DNA of 64,000 bases from Anaeromyxobacteraceae bacterium (GTDB taxonomy: Bacteria; Myxococcota; Myxococcia; Myxococcales; Anaeromyxobacteraceae), in the NCBI GenBank assembly GCA_047602405.1, contig JASGHJ010000002.1:1792001-1856000 (forward strand), given 5' to 3'. Shown here one piece after another: positions 13,893 to 25,135 of the stretch; position 1 is the stretch's first letter, and every line of letters begins with the position of its first letter. Below the pieces are notes generated by a model. That model was not told where the DNA came from and did not search any database. It saw only the letters and a program-made list of their open reading frames with translations. Position numbers and translations under genes: made by a program.

Positions 13893-14142
13893 GCGGATTT
13901 GGGCTGGCTGGCGGACCGTGCGGGTGGACCTGGAGTCGTGGTCACCTCGACGACGGGATGCTCGTTCCACCTGCAACGTCGGCCCGGAGCACGGCCCGAG
14001 AATGGGCCCATCCGCAGGTCGGGAGGCCGGGAGGGTGGAGGGAAATGTGGGCGGATCGGGCCGCTCCCACGACCCGGGAACGTCCCGACCGCGAGGCTCG
14101 GGTACGCTGCGCGTCTCCCGCCTCACGGAGTCCTGGAGCACG

Positions 14143-15639
14143 GTGATCGCGCCTCTCCTCCTCGCGCTGGCGCTCGCCGGCGGCCCGTCCCCCGCCGCCG
14201 CGGATGCGCTCGTCGTGCTCTCGCGCCACTCCGGCGAGGTCCTCGCGAGCGAGGGCGCCATCACGTGGCCCCTGCCCGTCGACTTCGCGCTGAAGCCCTT
14301 GCGGCTCGCCGCCTGGGGTCCGGCGCTCCGGGTGCTGGGGCTCGCCGCGCTCCCCGGCGCGGCCGAGGCCACCGGCATGCGGCCGTCGCCGACAATCTCC
14401 GCGCTGGGCCTCGCCGGTGCCTACCGGCTCCTCGCCGACGCGAGGCCGGACCTCGTCGACGTGCGCTCCCGCGACGCCGGCGCGGGCACGCCCGCGGGGC
14501 TCGACGCCGCTCCGGCGCTCGAGGGCGCCGCGCTCGAGACCGGCACGGTGCTCGACGGCGCGGGGAACCCGCGGCTCGGCTGGATCGTGGCGGTGGACGC
14601 CGACGTGGTGCTCGTCCTCGCCCGCGCCGGGCGCACGCCGCGGAGCCTTGCCGGCGAGGCGGCGCGCGCGCTCCGGGCGGCGCGCGGGCCGGCCCGGGGC
14701 GCCGCCCGGGTGCAGGTGTTCGGGCTCGTCGAGGCGATGGGCGTGCGGGCCCGCTGCGCGCGCGCCGGCTTCGCGCTCGCACCGGAGGGGCCGCTCGCGC
14801 TCGAAGGGACGGTCGACCTCGCGGAGGCCGCGCGCCGCGGCCCGCTCGCCTGCGTCGGCGGGCCCTGGCTCGTGGAGGTGCCGGGCTCGAAGGCGGGGCC
14901 GCGGGACAGCCCGCGCGCGTACGCCGGCGTCTTCACGCTCGAGCCCGCGCCGCCGGGGGCACCTGCGGCCGGCGAGGCCGGGGCGGCGGGCGCCACCCTC
15001 CGCGAGGCGCGCGCCCGGCGGGGCTCCGACCTCGTGTTCCGGACGACGCGCCTCCTCTACGCCGCGGGGGTCGTCGCCGCCGAGGACGCCGCGAGCGCCG
15101 GCCCCGCCCGCGTGGCGCTCGCGCGCGTCGCCGACGCGAACGCGCAGCAGGCCCGCCACCCGGGCCGGCCGGTCTGCGACACGACCCACTGCCAGGCGTT
15201 CCTCGGGACGGCGCGTGCCGGCGAGGACAATCGCGAGGCCCTGGCGCACCCGCTCCGCGCGACGGCCTGGCTGCCCTTCTCCCGCGGCGGGCTCGAGCGC
15301 TGGCGAGAGGCCCGCGTCGCCGCGGACGTCGCGCGCGCGCTCGGCGGCGCGCCTCGCGGCCTCGCGTTCCGGGCGGGCCGCGTCACCTGGTCGACGACCG
15401 TGCCGGACGGCCGGGGCGGCGCGCGGGAGGAGCGGCGCGACGCGGGCTGCGAGGTGCTCCGCGGCCCCCTGAAGCTGCCATCGTGCCCCTCCACGGCGAC
15501 CCTCCGCGGGGACGAGGTCGTCTTCGCGGGGCGCGGCGCGGGCCACGGCGAGGGGCTGGACCTCGAGTGGGCGAAGCGGAGCGGGCTCGCGGCGGAGGAG
15601 ATCCTCCGGCGGAGCTTCGGGGCTACCCTGCGGCCATGA
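14143..15639 (+). CDS. Exported SpoIID/LytB-like (YfaQ-like) protein
   Basis: Signal peptide; YAAGVVAAE, CDTTHCQAF, GRGAGHGEGL. Confidence 0.7.
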   Translation: MIAPLLLALALAGGPSPAAADALVVLSRHSGEVLASEGAITWPLPVDFALKPLRLAAWGPALRVLGLAALPGAAEATGMRPSPTISALGLAGAYRLLADARPDLVDVRSRDAGAGTPAGLDAAPALEGAALETGTVLDGAGNPRLGWIVAVDADVVLVLARAGRTPRSLAGEAARALRAARGPARGAARVQVFGLVEAMGVRARCARAGFALAPEGPLALEGTVDLAEAARRGPLACVGGPWLVEVPGSKAGPRDSPRAYAGVFTLEPAPPGAPAAGEAGAAGATLREARARRGSDLVFRTTRLLYAAGVVAAEDAASAGPARVALARVADANAQQARHPGRPVCDTTHCQAFLGTARAGEDNREALAHPLRATAWLPFSRGGLERWREARVAADVARALGGAPRGLAFRAGRVTWSTTVPDGRGGAREERRDAGCEVLRGPLKLPSCPSTATLRGDEVVFAGRGAGHGEGLDLEWAKRSGLAAEEILRRSFGATLRP

Positions 15640-15703
15640 GGCCCTCCTCGAGGGCGCCGGCCTCGCCCTCGAGCGCTCCGAGACGCCCCCGGACTCGGTG
15701 CCT

Positions 15704-16883
15704 TCAAGGCGCGGGCTGGAGTGGCTGGTCGTGGCGCGCCAGGGCTGACGAGGCCCGGGCGACGCCGGCCGCGATGGCGGCCGCGATGCGGCGGGCGTCC
15801 TTGCCCATCTCGCGCAGGTGGCCCGTCGTGGGCACGGTGAAGCCCGTGAAGAAAGCCCGGGCGCCGTGGGGAGCGTCTCCTCGCCGTGGATCCTCGGGCC
15901 GCCATCCTCGCCGAGGACGCCCAGGTGACCGACGAGCGGCGCGAGGCCGGGCTCGTAGCCCGTCGCCGCGACGACGGCGAATGGCGAGACCGAGCGGCCC
16001 TCCCCGAGCCGCACCTCGGCCCCGTCGAGCGCCACCACCTGGGGCACGACCTCGACGCGCCGGGCGCGCAGGAGCGCGATGAGCCCGACGTCGATGATCG
16101 GGATGTGCCGGTCCCGCACCATCTGCGTGTAGACGCCGCGCGGCGCGGGCGCGAGGCCGTACGGCGTCAGGTCGCCCACCACGAGGCGCGCCGTCGCCCG
16201 GGCGAGCGCGTCGGCGAGCGGGAGCGGCAGGGGCGCGAGCGCGATCGAGATGGCCTGCGCCGGCACCCCGCCCACCGAGCGCGTCACGAGGTTGGGCGGG
16301 GTGCGCACGGACAGCCAGACGCGCCCCGCGCCCTGCTCCACGAGGTCCACCGCGATCTCCGCGCCGGAGTTGCCGGCGCCGACCACGAGCACGTCGCGCC
16401 CCCGGAACCGCGCGCCGCTCCGGTACTGGCTCGAGTGCAGCACCTCGCCCCGGAACGTCTCGAGGCCCGGCCATGTGGGCAGGCGCGGCACCCGGCAGGC
16501 GCCCGTCGCGACCACGAGCGCGGGGGCCCGCACGCTCCCCCGGGCGTCCGCACCGTCCACGCGCCACCCTCCCGGGCGACGGCGAGCGCCTCCGTCCCGA
16601 GCCGCACGTCGATCCGGTGGTGCTTCACGTACGCCTCGAGGTACGCGACGAGCGCATCGCGCGACGGCCACCGCCCGGCGGCGCGCGGGATGGCGAGGCC
16701 GGGCAGGCCGGACAGGCCGCGCGCGGTGTGGAGCCTCAGGCGGTCGTAGTGCCGGCGCCAGGTGGCGCCCACGTCGGCCGCCTTCTCGAGGACGGTCGCC
16801 TCGAGCCCGCGGGCGCGGAGCATGGCCGCCACCGCGAGCCCGGCGGGTCCGGCTCCGACGACGATGGCGTGGGATCCGCTCAT
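15704..16883 (-). CDS. Flavin-containing monooxygenase (frameshifts at ~16540 and ~15853)
   Basis: VVGAGPAGL, FRGEVLHSSQY (FMO fingerprint), LVVGAGNSGAEI, ATGY. Confidence 0.9.
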
Positions 16884-16953
16884 GCCCCGGTCCTGCCCGG
16901 GGGGGCGCGGGGCCGCCCGGCTCCTCGGGGTGGCGGCCCGTCCGGGGCCAGGC

Positions 16954-18870
16954 TCAGCGAGGGAGCCGGACGGTGAACGTCGCGCCGCGCCCGCGGCCCG
17001 CGCTCTCGACCTCCACCGAGCCTCCGTGCAGCCGCGCGATGCCCTGGACGAGCGCGAGCCCGAGGCCCAGGCCGCCCTCGCTGCGCGCGAGGGTCTGCTC
17101 CGCCTGCACGAACGGCTCGAACACCCGGGCGGCGAGCTCCGGGTCGAGCCCGGCGCCCGTGTCGCGCACCGACAGCGCCAGCTCGCGCTCCGTCGCCTCG
17201 AGCGCCAGGTCCACCCGCCCGCCCGGCGGCGTGAACTTGCCCGCGTTGTGGAGGAGGTTGCCGAGCACCTGCGCGAGGCGGGCCTCGTCGCCGTCGAACG
17301 GCACGGGCCCGGCGGGGGCCGCGATCTCGAACGCGAGCCCGCGCGCCTCGAGCTGGGCACGGTGGTCCTCGCCCGCGCGGCGGACGAGCGCCGCGAGATC
17401 GAGCGGGCCCCTTTGCAGCTCGATCTTCCCGCGGGCCACGCGGGTGACGTCGAGGAGGTCGTCCACGAGCCGGGTGAGGTACGCGAGCTGGCGGGCCGCC
17501 ACCTCGCGGGCCCGCGTCCCCTGGGCCGAGCCCGGCGCCGCGCGCTCCAGGATGAAGAGCGCGTTCCGGATGGGCGCGAGCGGGTTGCGCAGCTCGTGGG
17601 AGAGCATGCCGAGGAAGTCGTCCTTGCGGCGGTCCGCCTCCACGAGGCGCGCGTTCGCGGCCTCGAGCCGCGCCTCGGCCGCCTTCTGGTCGGTGAGGTC
17701 CACCACGAACGCGATGCCCTCGCTCCGCCCCTCGTCGAGCATCGCGGAGCCGACGAGCGCCTGGACCCTCGTCCCGTCCTTGCGGACGAGCCGGCGCTCC
17801 CCTGGGCCCGAGACCCGCCGCTCCCGCAGCTCGTCGAAGAGCTCCCGCTGGCTCACCGTCTCCTCGGGCGCGATCAGGCGCGAGGCCTCGATGCCGCCCG
17901 CGACGAGGTCGACCCGATCGTAGCCCACCATCTCGAGGAACCGGTCGTTCGCGCCGACGATGCGGCCGTCGAGCGTGAAGTTGCAGACGCCGATGACCCC
18001 GGAGTCGTGCAGCCGCCGCAGGCTCGCCTCGTGCTCGGCGTGCCGCTCCTGCTCGGCCTGCGCATGCCTGCGCTGGGTCACGTCCTCGACGGTCCCCACG
18101 ACCCGGAGGAGCCGTCCCTCCTGGTCGCGCACCGCCGACACCGCGACGTGGACCCAGAGCGAGCTCCCGTCCTTCCTGAGGTAGCGCTTCTCGTCGTCGT
18201 ACAGGTCGAGCTGCCCGCCGAGCACGCGGCCGTTCAGGTTGCGCGCGCGGTCGCGGTCGCGCGGATCGGTGAGGTCGAGGACCATCCGCCCGAGGAGCTC
18301 GGTGCGCGCGAAGCCGAGCATCCGGCACAGGCGGTCGTTCACCGCCACGATGCGGAGGCACGCATCGATCTCCACGATCCCGAGCGCGGCGCCCTCGAAG
18401 ATGCCACGGAGCCGCTGCTCGCTCTCCCGGAGCTCGCGCGAGGCCCGGCGGCGCTCGGTGAGGTCGATCCCCATGGCGACGACCGTGTGGTCGCCGAGCC
18501 GGAGCGCGGCCCACGAGCACTCCACCTGCCGCCCGTCCCGCGCGGTGACGGGCAGGTCGGCCCAGCCGCCGTCGGCCTCCTCGAGCGCCTCGCGGGCCTG
18601 CCCGCGGATCACGGGATCCGGGTAGCAGAGGGCGAGGAGGTCCCGGCGCGCCGCGTCCTCCTCGGTCCAGCCGAGCACGCGCGTGAACTCCGCGTTCAGC
18701 CGGACGCCGGTCTCCCGGGGATCGTGGATGGCGATGAGGACGGGCAGCCGATCGACCAGCCGCTCGAGCATCTCCCGGTCGCGCCGCGCCGCGCGCACGT
18801 CGCGCAGCCGGTTCATCACCGGCGGCGTGTGCGCGAACGCGTCCGGCCGCTCTTCGTCGAGGTGGGCCAC
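16954..18870 (-). CDS. Cytoplasmic triple-PAS sensor histidine kinase
   Basis: PAS/PAC repeats (RKDG), LSHELRNPL, NLLHNAGKF, GGLGLGL. Confidence 0.92.
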   Translation of the reverse strand: MAHLDEERPDAFAHTPPVMNRLRDVRAARRDREMLERLVDRLPVLIAIHDPRETGVRLNAEFTRVLGWTEEDAARRDLLALCYPDPVIRGQAREALEEADGGWADLPVTARDGRQVECSWAALRLGDHTVVAMGIDLTERRRASRELRESEQRLRGIFEGAALGIVEIDACLRIVAVNDRLCRMLGFARTELLGRMVLDLTDPRDRDRARNLNGRVLGGQLDLYDDEKRYLRKDGSSLWVHVAVSAVRDQEGRLLRVVGTVEDVTQRRHAQAEQERHAEHEASLRRLHDSGVIGVCNFTLDGRIVGANDRFLEMVGYDRVDLVAGGIEASRLIAPEETVSQRELFDELRERRVSGPGERRLVRKDGTRVQALVGSAMLDEGRSEGIAFVVDLTDQKAAEARLEAANARLVEADRRKDDFLGMLSHELRNPLAPIRNALFILERAAPGSAQGTRAREVAARQLAYLTRLVDDLLDVTRVARGKIELQRGPLDLAALVRRAGEDHRAQLEARGLAFEIAAPAGPVPFDGDEARLAQVLGNLLHNAGKFTPPGGRVDLALEATERELALSVRDTGAGLDPELAARVFEPFVQAEQTLARSEGGLGLGLALVQGIARLHGGSVEVESAGRGRGATFTVRLPR

Positions 18871-18918
18871 GGCGGGTGAACATCCCCCGCGCGCCGGCGC
18901 ATTCCCACCTGCCCTCCT

Positions 18919-19098
18919 TCAGTTGTGCGGAGGGAACGCGGCTGGCTCCCCGGTCCCACCGTTGCCGACCGGGGGTTCGCCGGGCCGGCGCTCGGGCGCG
19001 GGCTCCGCGGGGACGCGGATCTTGTCGGGGGCGCCCTCCTCCACCTGGTGCGGCTTCATGGGGCGCTTCGGGTCGGGTCGCTTGGGCTGGCGTGGCAT
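18919..19098 (-). CDS. Possible small Pro-rich hypothetical protein
   Basis: MPRQPKRPDPKRP... short ORF with GC3 bias; no motif. Confidence 0.3.
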   Translation of the reverse strand: MPRQPKRPDPKRPMKPHQVEEGAPDKIRVPAEPAPERRPGEPPVGNGGTGEPAAFPPHN

Positions 19099-19374
19099 GC
19101 CCACGAAGGTGATCACGCTGCGACGACTCGGGTGCGCGCCCACCCCGTGGCCCGAGGTCGGGCTCCGGCCGGCCGGTCGCTCCAACCCCGCCTGAGGACC
19201 GGGCTTTCGAGCAGATGCGACCCGGGGCCCCGGTCAGGCCCGACGGCACCGGGGCTGCAACCCTCGCGGCAGGACCTGGAGGGCACCCCTCGCGAGCGCG
19301 AGCGCCCCGCCAGAGGTTGCGTCAGATCAACACGACCCGCCGTCCGGGTCGCTATTCGTGTGGAGGGTTCCCAC

Positions 19375-19864
19375 TTGAACGCCCGCCTGCCCACCTCGAC
19401 GCTCCTCGTGCTCGGCCTCGCCGCGGCGCTCCCGGGGCGCGCGCAGGTCGCGACCGCGTTCCTCGAGCCGGCCGGGATTCCCGTGGACTCGCGGGACGCG
19501 ACCCCGTCGGCGCAGCCGGTCGGGGGCGGACCCATCGGCGGCGGCAGCACGGCCGACTGCCTGCCTCTTCAACCCCTCCACCGACCGCAGGACCGCGTCC
19601 TCGAGCCTCTGCCTCCGCTGCCACACCTCCGGGTCCGGCGCGTTCGAGCACGGCGGCCACCCGGTGGGCATGTCGTACCTGACCTACGGGAAGGACCTCC
19701 GGCAGGACCCGCAGGGCTTCAACCCCGCGGTCGTCCTGCAGGCCAACAACACGGTCGCCTGCCTGACCTGCCACGACCCGCGCTCGCAGCTCGTGCAGCA
19801 CCTCGCGGCCCCGACCGGCGGCGAGGTCGCGAAGCGCCTCTGCGTGGCCTGCCACCCGCACTGA
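19375..19864 (+). CDS. Small exported triheme c-type cytochrome (doubled-CXXCH-like; frameshift at ~19565)
   Basis: Signal peptide; CLRCH, HPV, CLTCHDP, CVACH after frame correction. Confidence 0.8.
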
Positions 19865-19881
19865 TTCTTCAGGGGGCGCTC

Positions 19882-19932
19882 GTCCCTCGACTCCGGGCCC
19901 GCGAAACGGGCCCTACGCTCGGGATGAACGGG
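19882..19932 (-). repeat. REP-like palindromic element, copy 1
   Basis: Reverse complement CCCGTTCATCCCGAGCGTAGGGCCCGTTTCGCGGGCCCGGAGTCGAGGGAC matches the copy at 39636. Confidence 0.7.
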
Positions 19933-20004
19933 CCCCCGGCGGCTCGCCGGGGCCCCACCCCTGGCAGCATCTCAGGGGGCGCTCGTCCGCTGGCAGCGGC
20001 CGCG

Positions 20005-20502
20005 CTACCGCAGGCGATCGAGCGCCCCGGTCGCGGCGCGCTGCAGGAGCGACGCGAAGCCCCGCTGGGCGCGCTGCTCCTCGAAGACGATCGCCTTCAC
20101 CTCGCCCACCACGACGGGCTCGAACCGGAGCACGTCCGCGATCTCGGTGATGACCACGAGCTCCGCGGGCGTGAGCTCCCGGTCCGCCGCGGCCACGCGG
20201 TAGGCGTCGCGCAGCAGGCAGAGCGCGAGCGCGCGATCCGGGCTCACCGCCTGGACGAGCGCCTCGAGGCTCACGCCGCGGTCCTCGGCGAGGAGGAACG
20301 CCCGCGCCAGCTGGTCCTCCGCGACGCCCAGGAACGAGGCGATGCGCTCCACGAGCAGGTGCTCGCCCATCGAGATGCCGTCGGCAGCCGCCAGGCGGGC
20401 GAGCGCCGCGAGGTACCGCGTGACGACCTCGGGCTCGAGCCCCGCGTCGTCGAGGCGGCCGTAGTCGCGCTGGAGGATCGCCTGCCGGATGCGCTGGGTC
20501 AT
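20005..20502 (-). CDS. TerB-like protein
   Basis: Two LAAADG..S.GE / VAAADRELTPAE motifs typical of the TerB fold. Confidence 0.7.
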   Translation of the reverse strand: MTQRIRQAILQRDYGRLDDAGLEPEVVTRYLAALARLAAADGISMGEHLLVERIASFLGVAEDQLARAFLLAEDRGVSLEALVQAVSPDRALALCLLRDAYRVAAADRELTPAELVVITEIADVLRFEPVVVGEVKAIVFEEQRAQRGFASLLQRAATGALDRLR

Positions 20503-20666
20503 GACGACCCCTCGTAACGCGAGCGGGCCCGGAGCCGCAACGGAGCAGATCGAGTGCTGCGGTGCGCCAGCAGGGCCCAGGTGGGCTCCTGGCATCCCGA
20601 TCGACTTGGGTCTAAAAGGGCGCGGCCCGCCGCCGCACGGACCCCTGGACGAATCCGGAGACCACC

Positions 20667-22192
20667 ATGGCACGCAACGGCAAGAGGAGCCTCTACGAGG
20701 AGGCGATGGAGACGTTCCACCGCGCGGCCGAGCTCATCAAGATGCAGCCCCGCGTCCGGATGGAGATCGAGGAGCCGGACTTCGAGCACGTCTTCCACGT
20801 GACCGCCGAGATCCGGGACCGGCTCCACCCGCTCGACGGCGAGGAGGCGAAGCGGTACCGCGACCTGACGCCCTCCGACGTGAAGGCGCGCGACGCGCTC
20901 GAGCCGCTCGCGAACGGCTCCTTCATCCTGCACCGCCGCGCGCTCCTCGAGGCCGACCTCACGATGCGCGAGGGCGTCATCCACATCCCGAAGCTCGGCC
21001 TCCTCAAGGTCGAGAAGGGTGGCCCGCGGAAGTTCCGAGCCTACCGCGTGCAGCACAACCAGGTGCGCGGCCCGTACAAGGGCGGCATCCGCTTCCACAA
21101 GGAGGTCTCGCTCGACCTCTTCAAGGTCCTCGCCGCCGACATGACCTGGAAGACCGCCATCGCCGAGGTGCCGTTCGGGGGCGCGAAGGGCGGCATCAAG
21201 TTCGACCCGTTCCAGTACTCCAAGGAGGAGATTCGAGCAGATCTCGCTCCGCTACGTCTACAAGGCGAAGAGCCTGATGGGCCCGTTCGTCGACATCCCC
21301 GCCCCGGACGTCGGCACCAACGGGGAGATCATGGCGTACTTCATGCGCCAGTTCACCGACGGCGAGCACGAGAAGCACAAGCTCCGCGGCGTCGTCACCG
21401 GCAAGGACGTGCGCATCGGCGGCTCCGAGGGGCGCGTCAAGGCGACCGGTCAGGGCGTCGTCTACTGCATCGAGGAGTGGGCGCGGGACCGCGGCTTCGA
21501 CCTCAAAGGCGCCCGCGTGCTCGTGCAGGGCTTCGGCAACGTCGGCTCGAACGCCGCCGAGATCCTCGCGGCGCTGGGGGCGAAGATCGTCGCGGTGAAC
21601 GACGCGCACGGCAGCGTGATGAACGACGCCGGCCTCGACGTCCCCGCGCTCGTCGCCCACACCCACCAGAACCCGGCCAACCTCCGCCGCTCGGTGGCGG
21701 GCTTTCCGGGCGGCACCGCGATTCTCGAAGGACGACTTCTGGGGCGTGGACGCGGACATCCTCGTGCCGGCGGCGCTCGGCGAGGAGGTCACCGGCCCCG
21801 TCGCCGAGCGGCTCAAGGTGAAGCTCGTCGCGGAGGGCGCGAACGGCCCCACCACCCGCGAGGGCGATGCCGTGCTGCAGGGCCGCAAGATCGACGTCAT
21901 CCCCGACATCATCTGCAACGCCGGCGGCGTGACGGTGTCCTACTACGAGTGGCTGCAGAACCAGCGGCTCGAGCACTGGACCGAGGGCGAGGTCAACCGG
22001 CGCCTCGAGCAGGCCATCAAGAAGAACTACGCGATCATCCGGGACATCGCGCGGAACCGACCGCAGCGCACGCCGCTCTACGACTCGCGGCCGTTCTGCG
22101 TGGGCGAGGCCGTCGACGTCCGCACCGCCGCGATGATCCTCGCGCTGAAGCGCGTCGAGGCGCACTACCTCATCGAGGGGTTCAGCCAGTAA
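20667..22192 (+). CDS. gdhA: Glu/Leu/Phe/Val (glutamate) dehydrogenase (frameshifts at ~21232 and ~21722)
   Basis: YRVQHN, GPYKGGIRFH, GGAKGG, DIPAPDVGT, QGFGNVG, EGANGP, NAGGVTVSYYEW. Confidence 0.92.
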
Positions 22193-22195
22193 CGG

Positions 22196-23834
22196 TCACT
22201 GCAGGTCGTCGCCGGCCACGGCCTCGAGGAGCGGCTCCCGCCGCTCCTCGAGCAGCCGGGCGGCGCGGGGCAGCGCGAGCCGGTAGGCCACCGCGCCGCC
22301 GATCCCCACCGCGGCCCAGCTGCCCACGAGCACCGCCGGCGACTCGAGCCGGATCGCGAGCAGCGCCGGCAGGCCGAAGATCGCCGACACGCCGGACATG
22401 ACGAGCACCCCCGCGAGCGCGGAGAGCGGCGAGAGCGAGCCGCCGCGCTGGATGTCGTAGGGGATCGCGCGCGGGTTGAGCACCGACACGAAGTTCCCGG
22501 CGCCGGCGAGCCAGGGCGCCGCCCCGGCGTGGAGCGCGAACGCGGCCGCGAGCCCCCACGCGGGCGGAGCGCCGCCGAACGCGATCATCGCGCCGGCGCA
22601 GAGCACGAAGAAGCAGGAGCGAGAAGGCGTAGGCGACGGCGTTCTTCGCGAGGAGCACGTCCGCCGGCGCGAGCGGGGCGAGGAACCAGACCCTGCCGCC
22701 GCCCCGCTCCCACCCGAACGCGTTCAGGTAGAAGACCTCGGTCACGAGGTGGGCGTAGAGCGCGAACGCCACGAGCGGCAGCACCCGCAGCACCTCGCCG
22801 GAGTCCTGTGCCGTGAGCGTGGGCGCGACCTTCCAGGAGACGAGCGCGGCGAGCATCGGGATGAGCAGGAGGAGGAGCCCGGAGAGCGGGTTGCGCAGCA
22901 GGTACTTCCCCTCCTTCTCGACGAGCCCCCCGAGCCGCCCCGGGAGCCGCCAGCCCGCGCCGACCGCGGCGCCCTCCGCCCCCGCGCCGCCGCCGGAGAG
23001 CGCGGCCGAGAGCGCGAGGCGGTGGGCCACCCAGCTCGTCGCGGCCGCCGCGGAGGCGAGCGCCGCGAGCCAGGGCAGCGACGGCCCGACCTCGCCCCGG
23101 TAGAGCGGCGTGACGACGTTCTCCGCGAGCACCGCCGGGACCGCCACCCAGCGCACCCAGCCGAAGAGCCTGAAGACCTCCCAGACCTGGCGCTGGCCGC
23201 TCGTGCCCCACGCGGCGAGCCCCATCGTCGCGGCGTAGATGCCGGCGATGGCGAGGAGCTTGTGGCGGCGTCCGGCGAGGAAGCGGCTCGCGAAGGCCTG
23301 CAGCGCCGCGATCACCGCCACGGTGAAGAGGACGAAGAGCGCCATCGCGAGGAGGAGCACGAGGAGCCACGCGCCCGGCCGGGCCACCGCCGCGCCGAGG
23401 AAGGCGCCGGTCAGCATGAGCACCCAGAACACCGAGAACGGGTCGCCGGCCACCGAGGCGCCGAGGCCGTAGGCCGTGAGCCGCCAGGGCGCGATCGGGT
23501 AGGAGAGGAAGCGCCTGAGGTCGACCGCGTCACGGTCGGTGACGGTCATGGCCATGGAGGTCCACGCCGCGAACACCCCGAAGAAGAGGCCGCGCACGGC
23601 GAGGGACGCCGAGAGCCCGCCGCCCGCCCGCACGCCGCGGTAGGCCGCGGCGCCCGTGGCCGCCGCGAACACGAGCCCGAGCGGCAGCACGATGAGCCAG
23701 ATGAGCACCCGCGCCACGAGCTCCGGCACGCCGGAGCGGCCGCGGAGCCGGCGCCAGGCGAGGAGGAGCCGCAGCTCCGCGAACGCGAGGAGCACGCTCC
23801 GCGGCGCGGGCCCGGCGCTCGCGCCAGCGCTCAC
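22196..23834 (-). CDS. ABC-2-type exporter permease (multi-TM; frameshift at ~22610)
   Basis: About 12 hydrophobic segments; GTG start overlaps the ATPase stop. Confidence 0.8.
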
Positions 23835-24596
23835 GCGGGCTCCCCCGGGCGGAGCCACGAGAGCGCCTTGTGCTCGCGCTCCTCGCCCACGGTCCGGATG
23901 AACACGTCCTCGAGGGAGGCCTGCCCGCGGACCTCCTCGAGCGTGCCTTGCGCGGCGAGCCGGCCCTGCCGGACGATGCCGACGTGGGTCACGAGCCGCT
24001 CCACGACCTCGAGCACGTGCGAGGTGAGGAAGATGGTCATCGCCCGGCGGGCGACGAGGTCCTGGAGCATGCGCCGGATGCCCGTGACCGCGACCGCGTC
24101 GATGCCCTCGAACGGCTCGTCGAGGAAGAAGCAGGCGCGGGCCGTGGATCAGCGCGCAGCCGAGCGCGAGCTTCTTCTTCATGCCGTGGCTGTAGCTCGC
24201 CACGAGCTTCCCGGCGTGCTCGGCGAGCTCGAGCGCGGCGAGCAGCTCCTCGGCGCGGCGGGCGGCCTCCTTGCGGTCGAGGCCGTAGAGCTGGGCGTGG
24301 ATGCGCAGCTGCTCCACGCCGGAGAGCCGCTCGAAGAGCCCGAGGCCGTCGGGCACCACCCCGACCTGCCGCTTCACGGCGAGCGGGTCCGTGGCGAGGT
24401 CGTGGCCGAGCACGCGCGCGCGGCCGGAGGTCGGCGCGAGCAGCCCGGTCAGCATCTTGATGGTGGTGCTCTTCCCGGCGCCGTTCGGGCCGAGGAAGCC
24501 GTAGAACGCGCCCTCCGGGACACGGAGCGTGAGGTCCTCGACCGCGGGGCGGCCGTCGAACCGCCGGGTGAGGGCCTCGGTCTCGATCGCGAGCAC
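23831..24596 (-). CDS. ABC transporter ATP-binding protein (frameshift at ~24128)
   Basis: GPNGAGKSTT, YSHGMKKK, LFLDEP after correction, TSH. Confidence 0.93.
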
Positions 24597-24606
24597 GCCC
24601 TCCCTT

Positions 24607-24969
24607 CTACTGGAGGTCGGGCGAATCCGCCTCCCCTGCCTCGAAGTACATGAAGCGCACGCCCATGCCGCGCATCGCGACGGGCCCCTCGGCGCCCTGC
24701 ACGCGGCCGAGCAGGTGGCAGACGTAGCGCACCTCGCCGATGGCGCTCATCTCGCCCGCGTCGGAGGGGAACGTGATGCGGACCTGCGAGCCGATGGGGT
24801 GCGGTACGCGGGTCTCCACGAACATGCCGCCCTGGGAGATGTTGCGGGCGACGCCGAGGCCGTGGCCGCGGTCGCCCTCCAGGAAGACCCGGAAGACCTT
24901 GTCGAGGCGTGCGGCGGAGCGCCGCTCCTTGCCGCTCGTGGTCGTGATGTTCTGGGTGGAGCCCGCCAT
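24607..24969 (-). CDS. PilZ domain protein
   Basis: ERRSAAR (RxxxR) and NISQGG (N/DxSxxG), GMGVRF. Confidence 0.88.
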   Translation of the reverse strand: MAGSTQNITTTSGKERRSAARLDKVFRVFLEGDRGHGLGVARNISQGGMFVETRVPHPIGSQVRITFPSDAGEMSAIGEVRYVCHLLGRVQGAEGPVAMRGMGVRFMYFEAGEADSPDLQ

Positions 24970-25135
24970 CGCTGCCTCCGGTCGCTGAGGACCGGGCGAC
25001 GATATCCGGTGGGCGCATGTAGGCAAGAAAACGACCTGACCTCACCTTGGATCACCTGGTCCCACCTCCCAGGAGGCGGTCATCCGCCGGCTCCCAGGCT
25101 AGATTCGGCCCCAGCCCTTCCCTCCCGGAGCCCCC

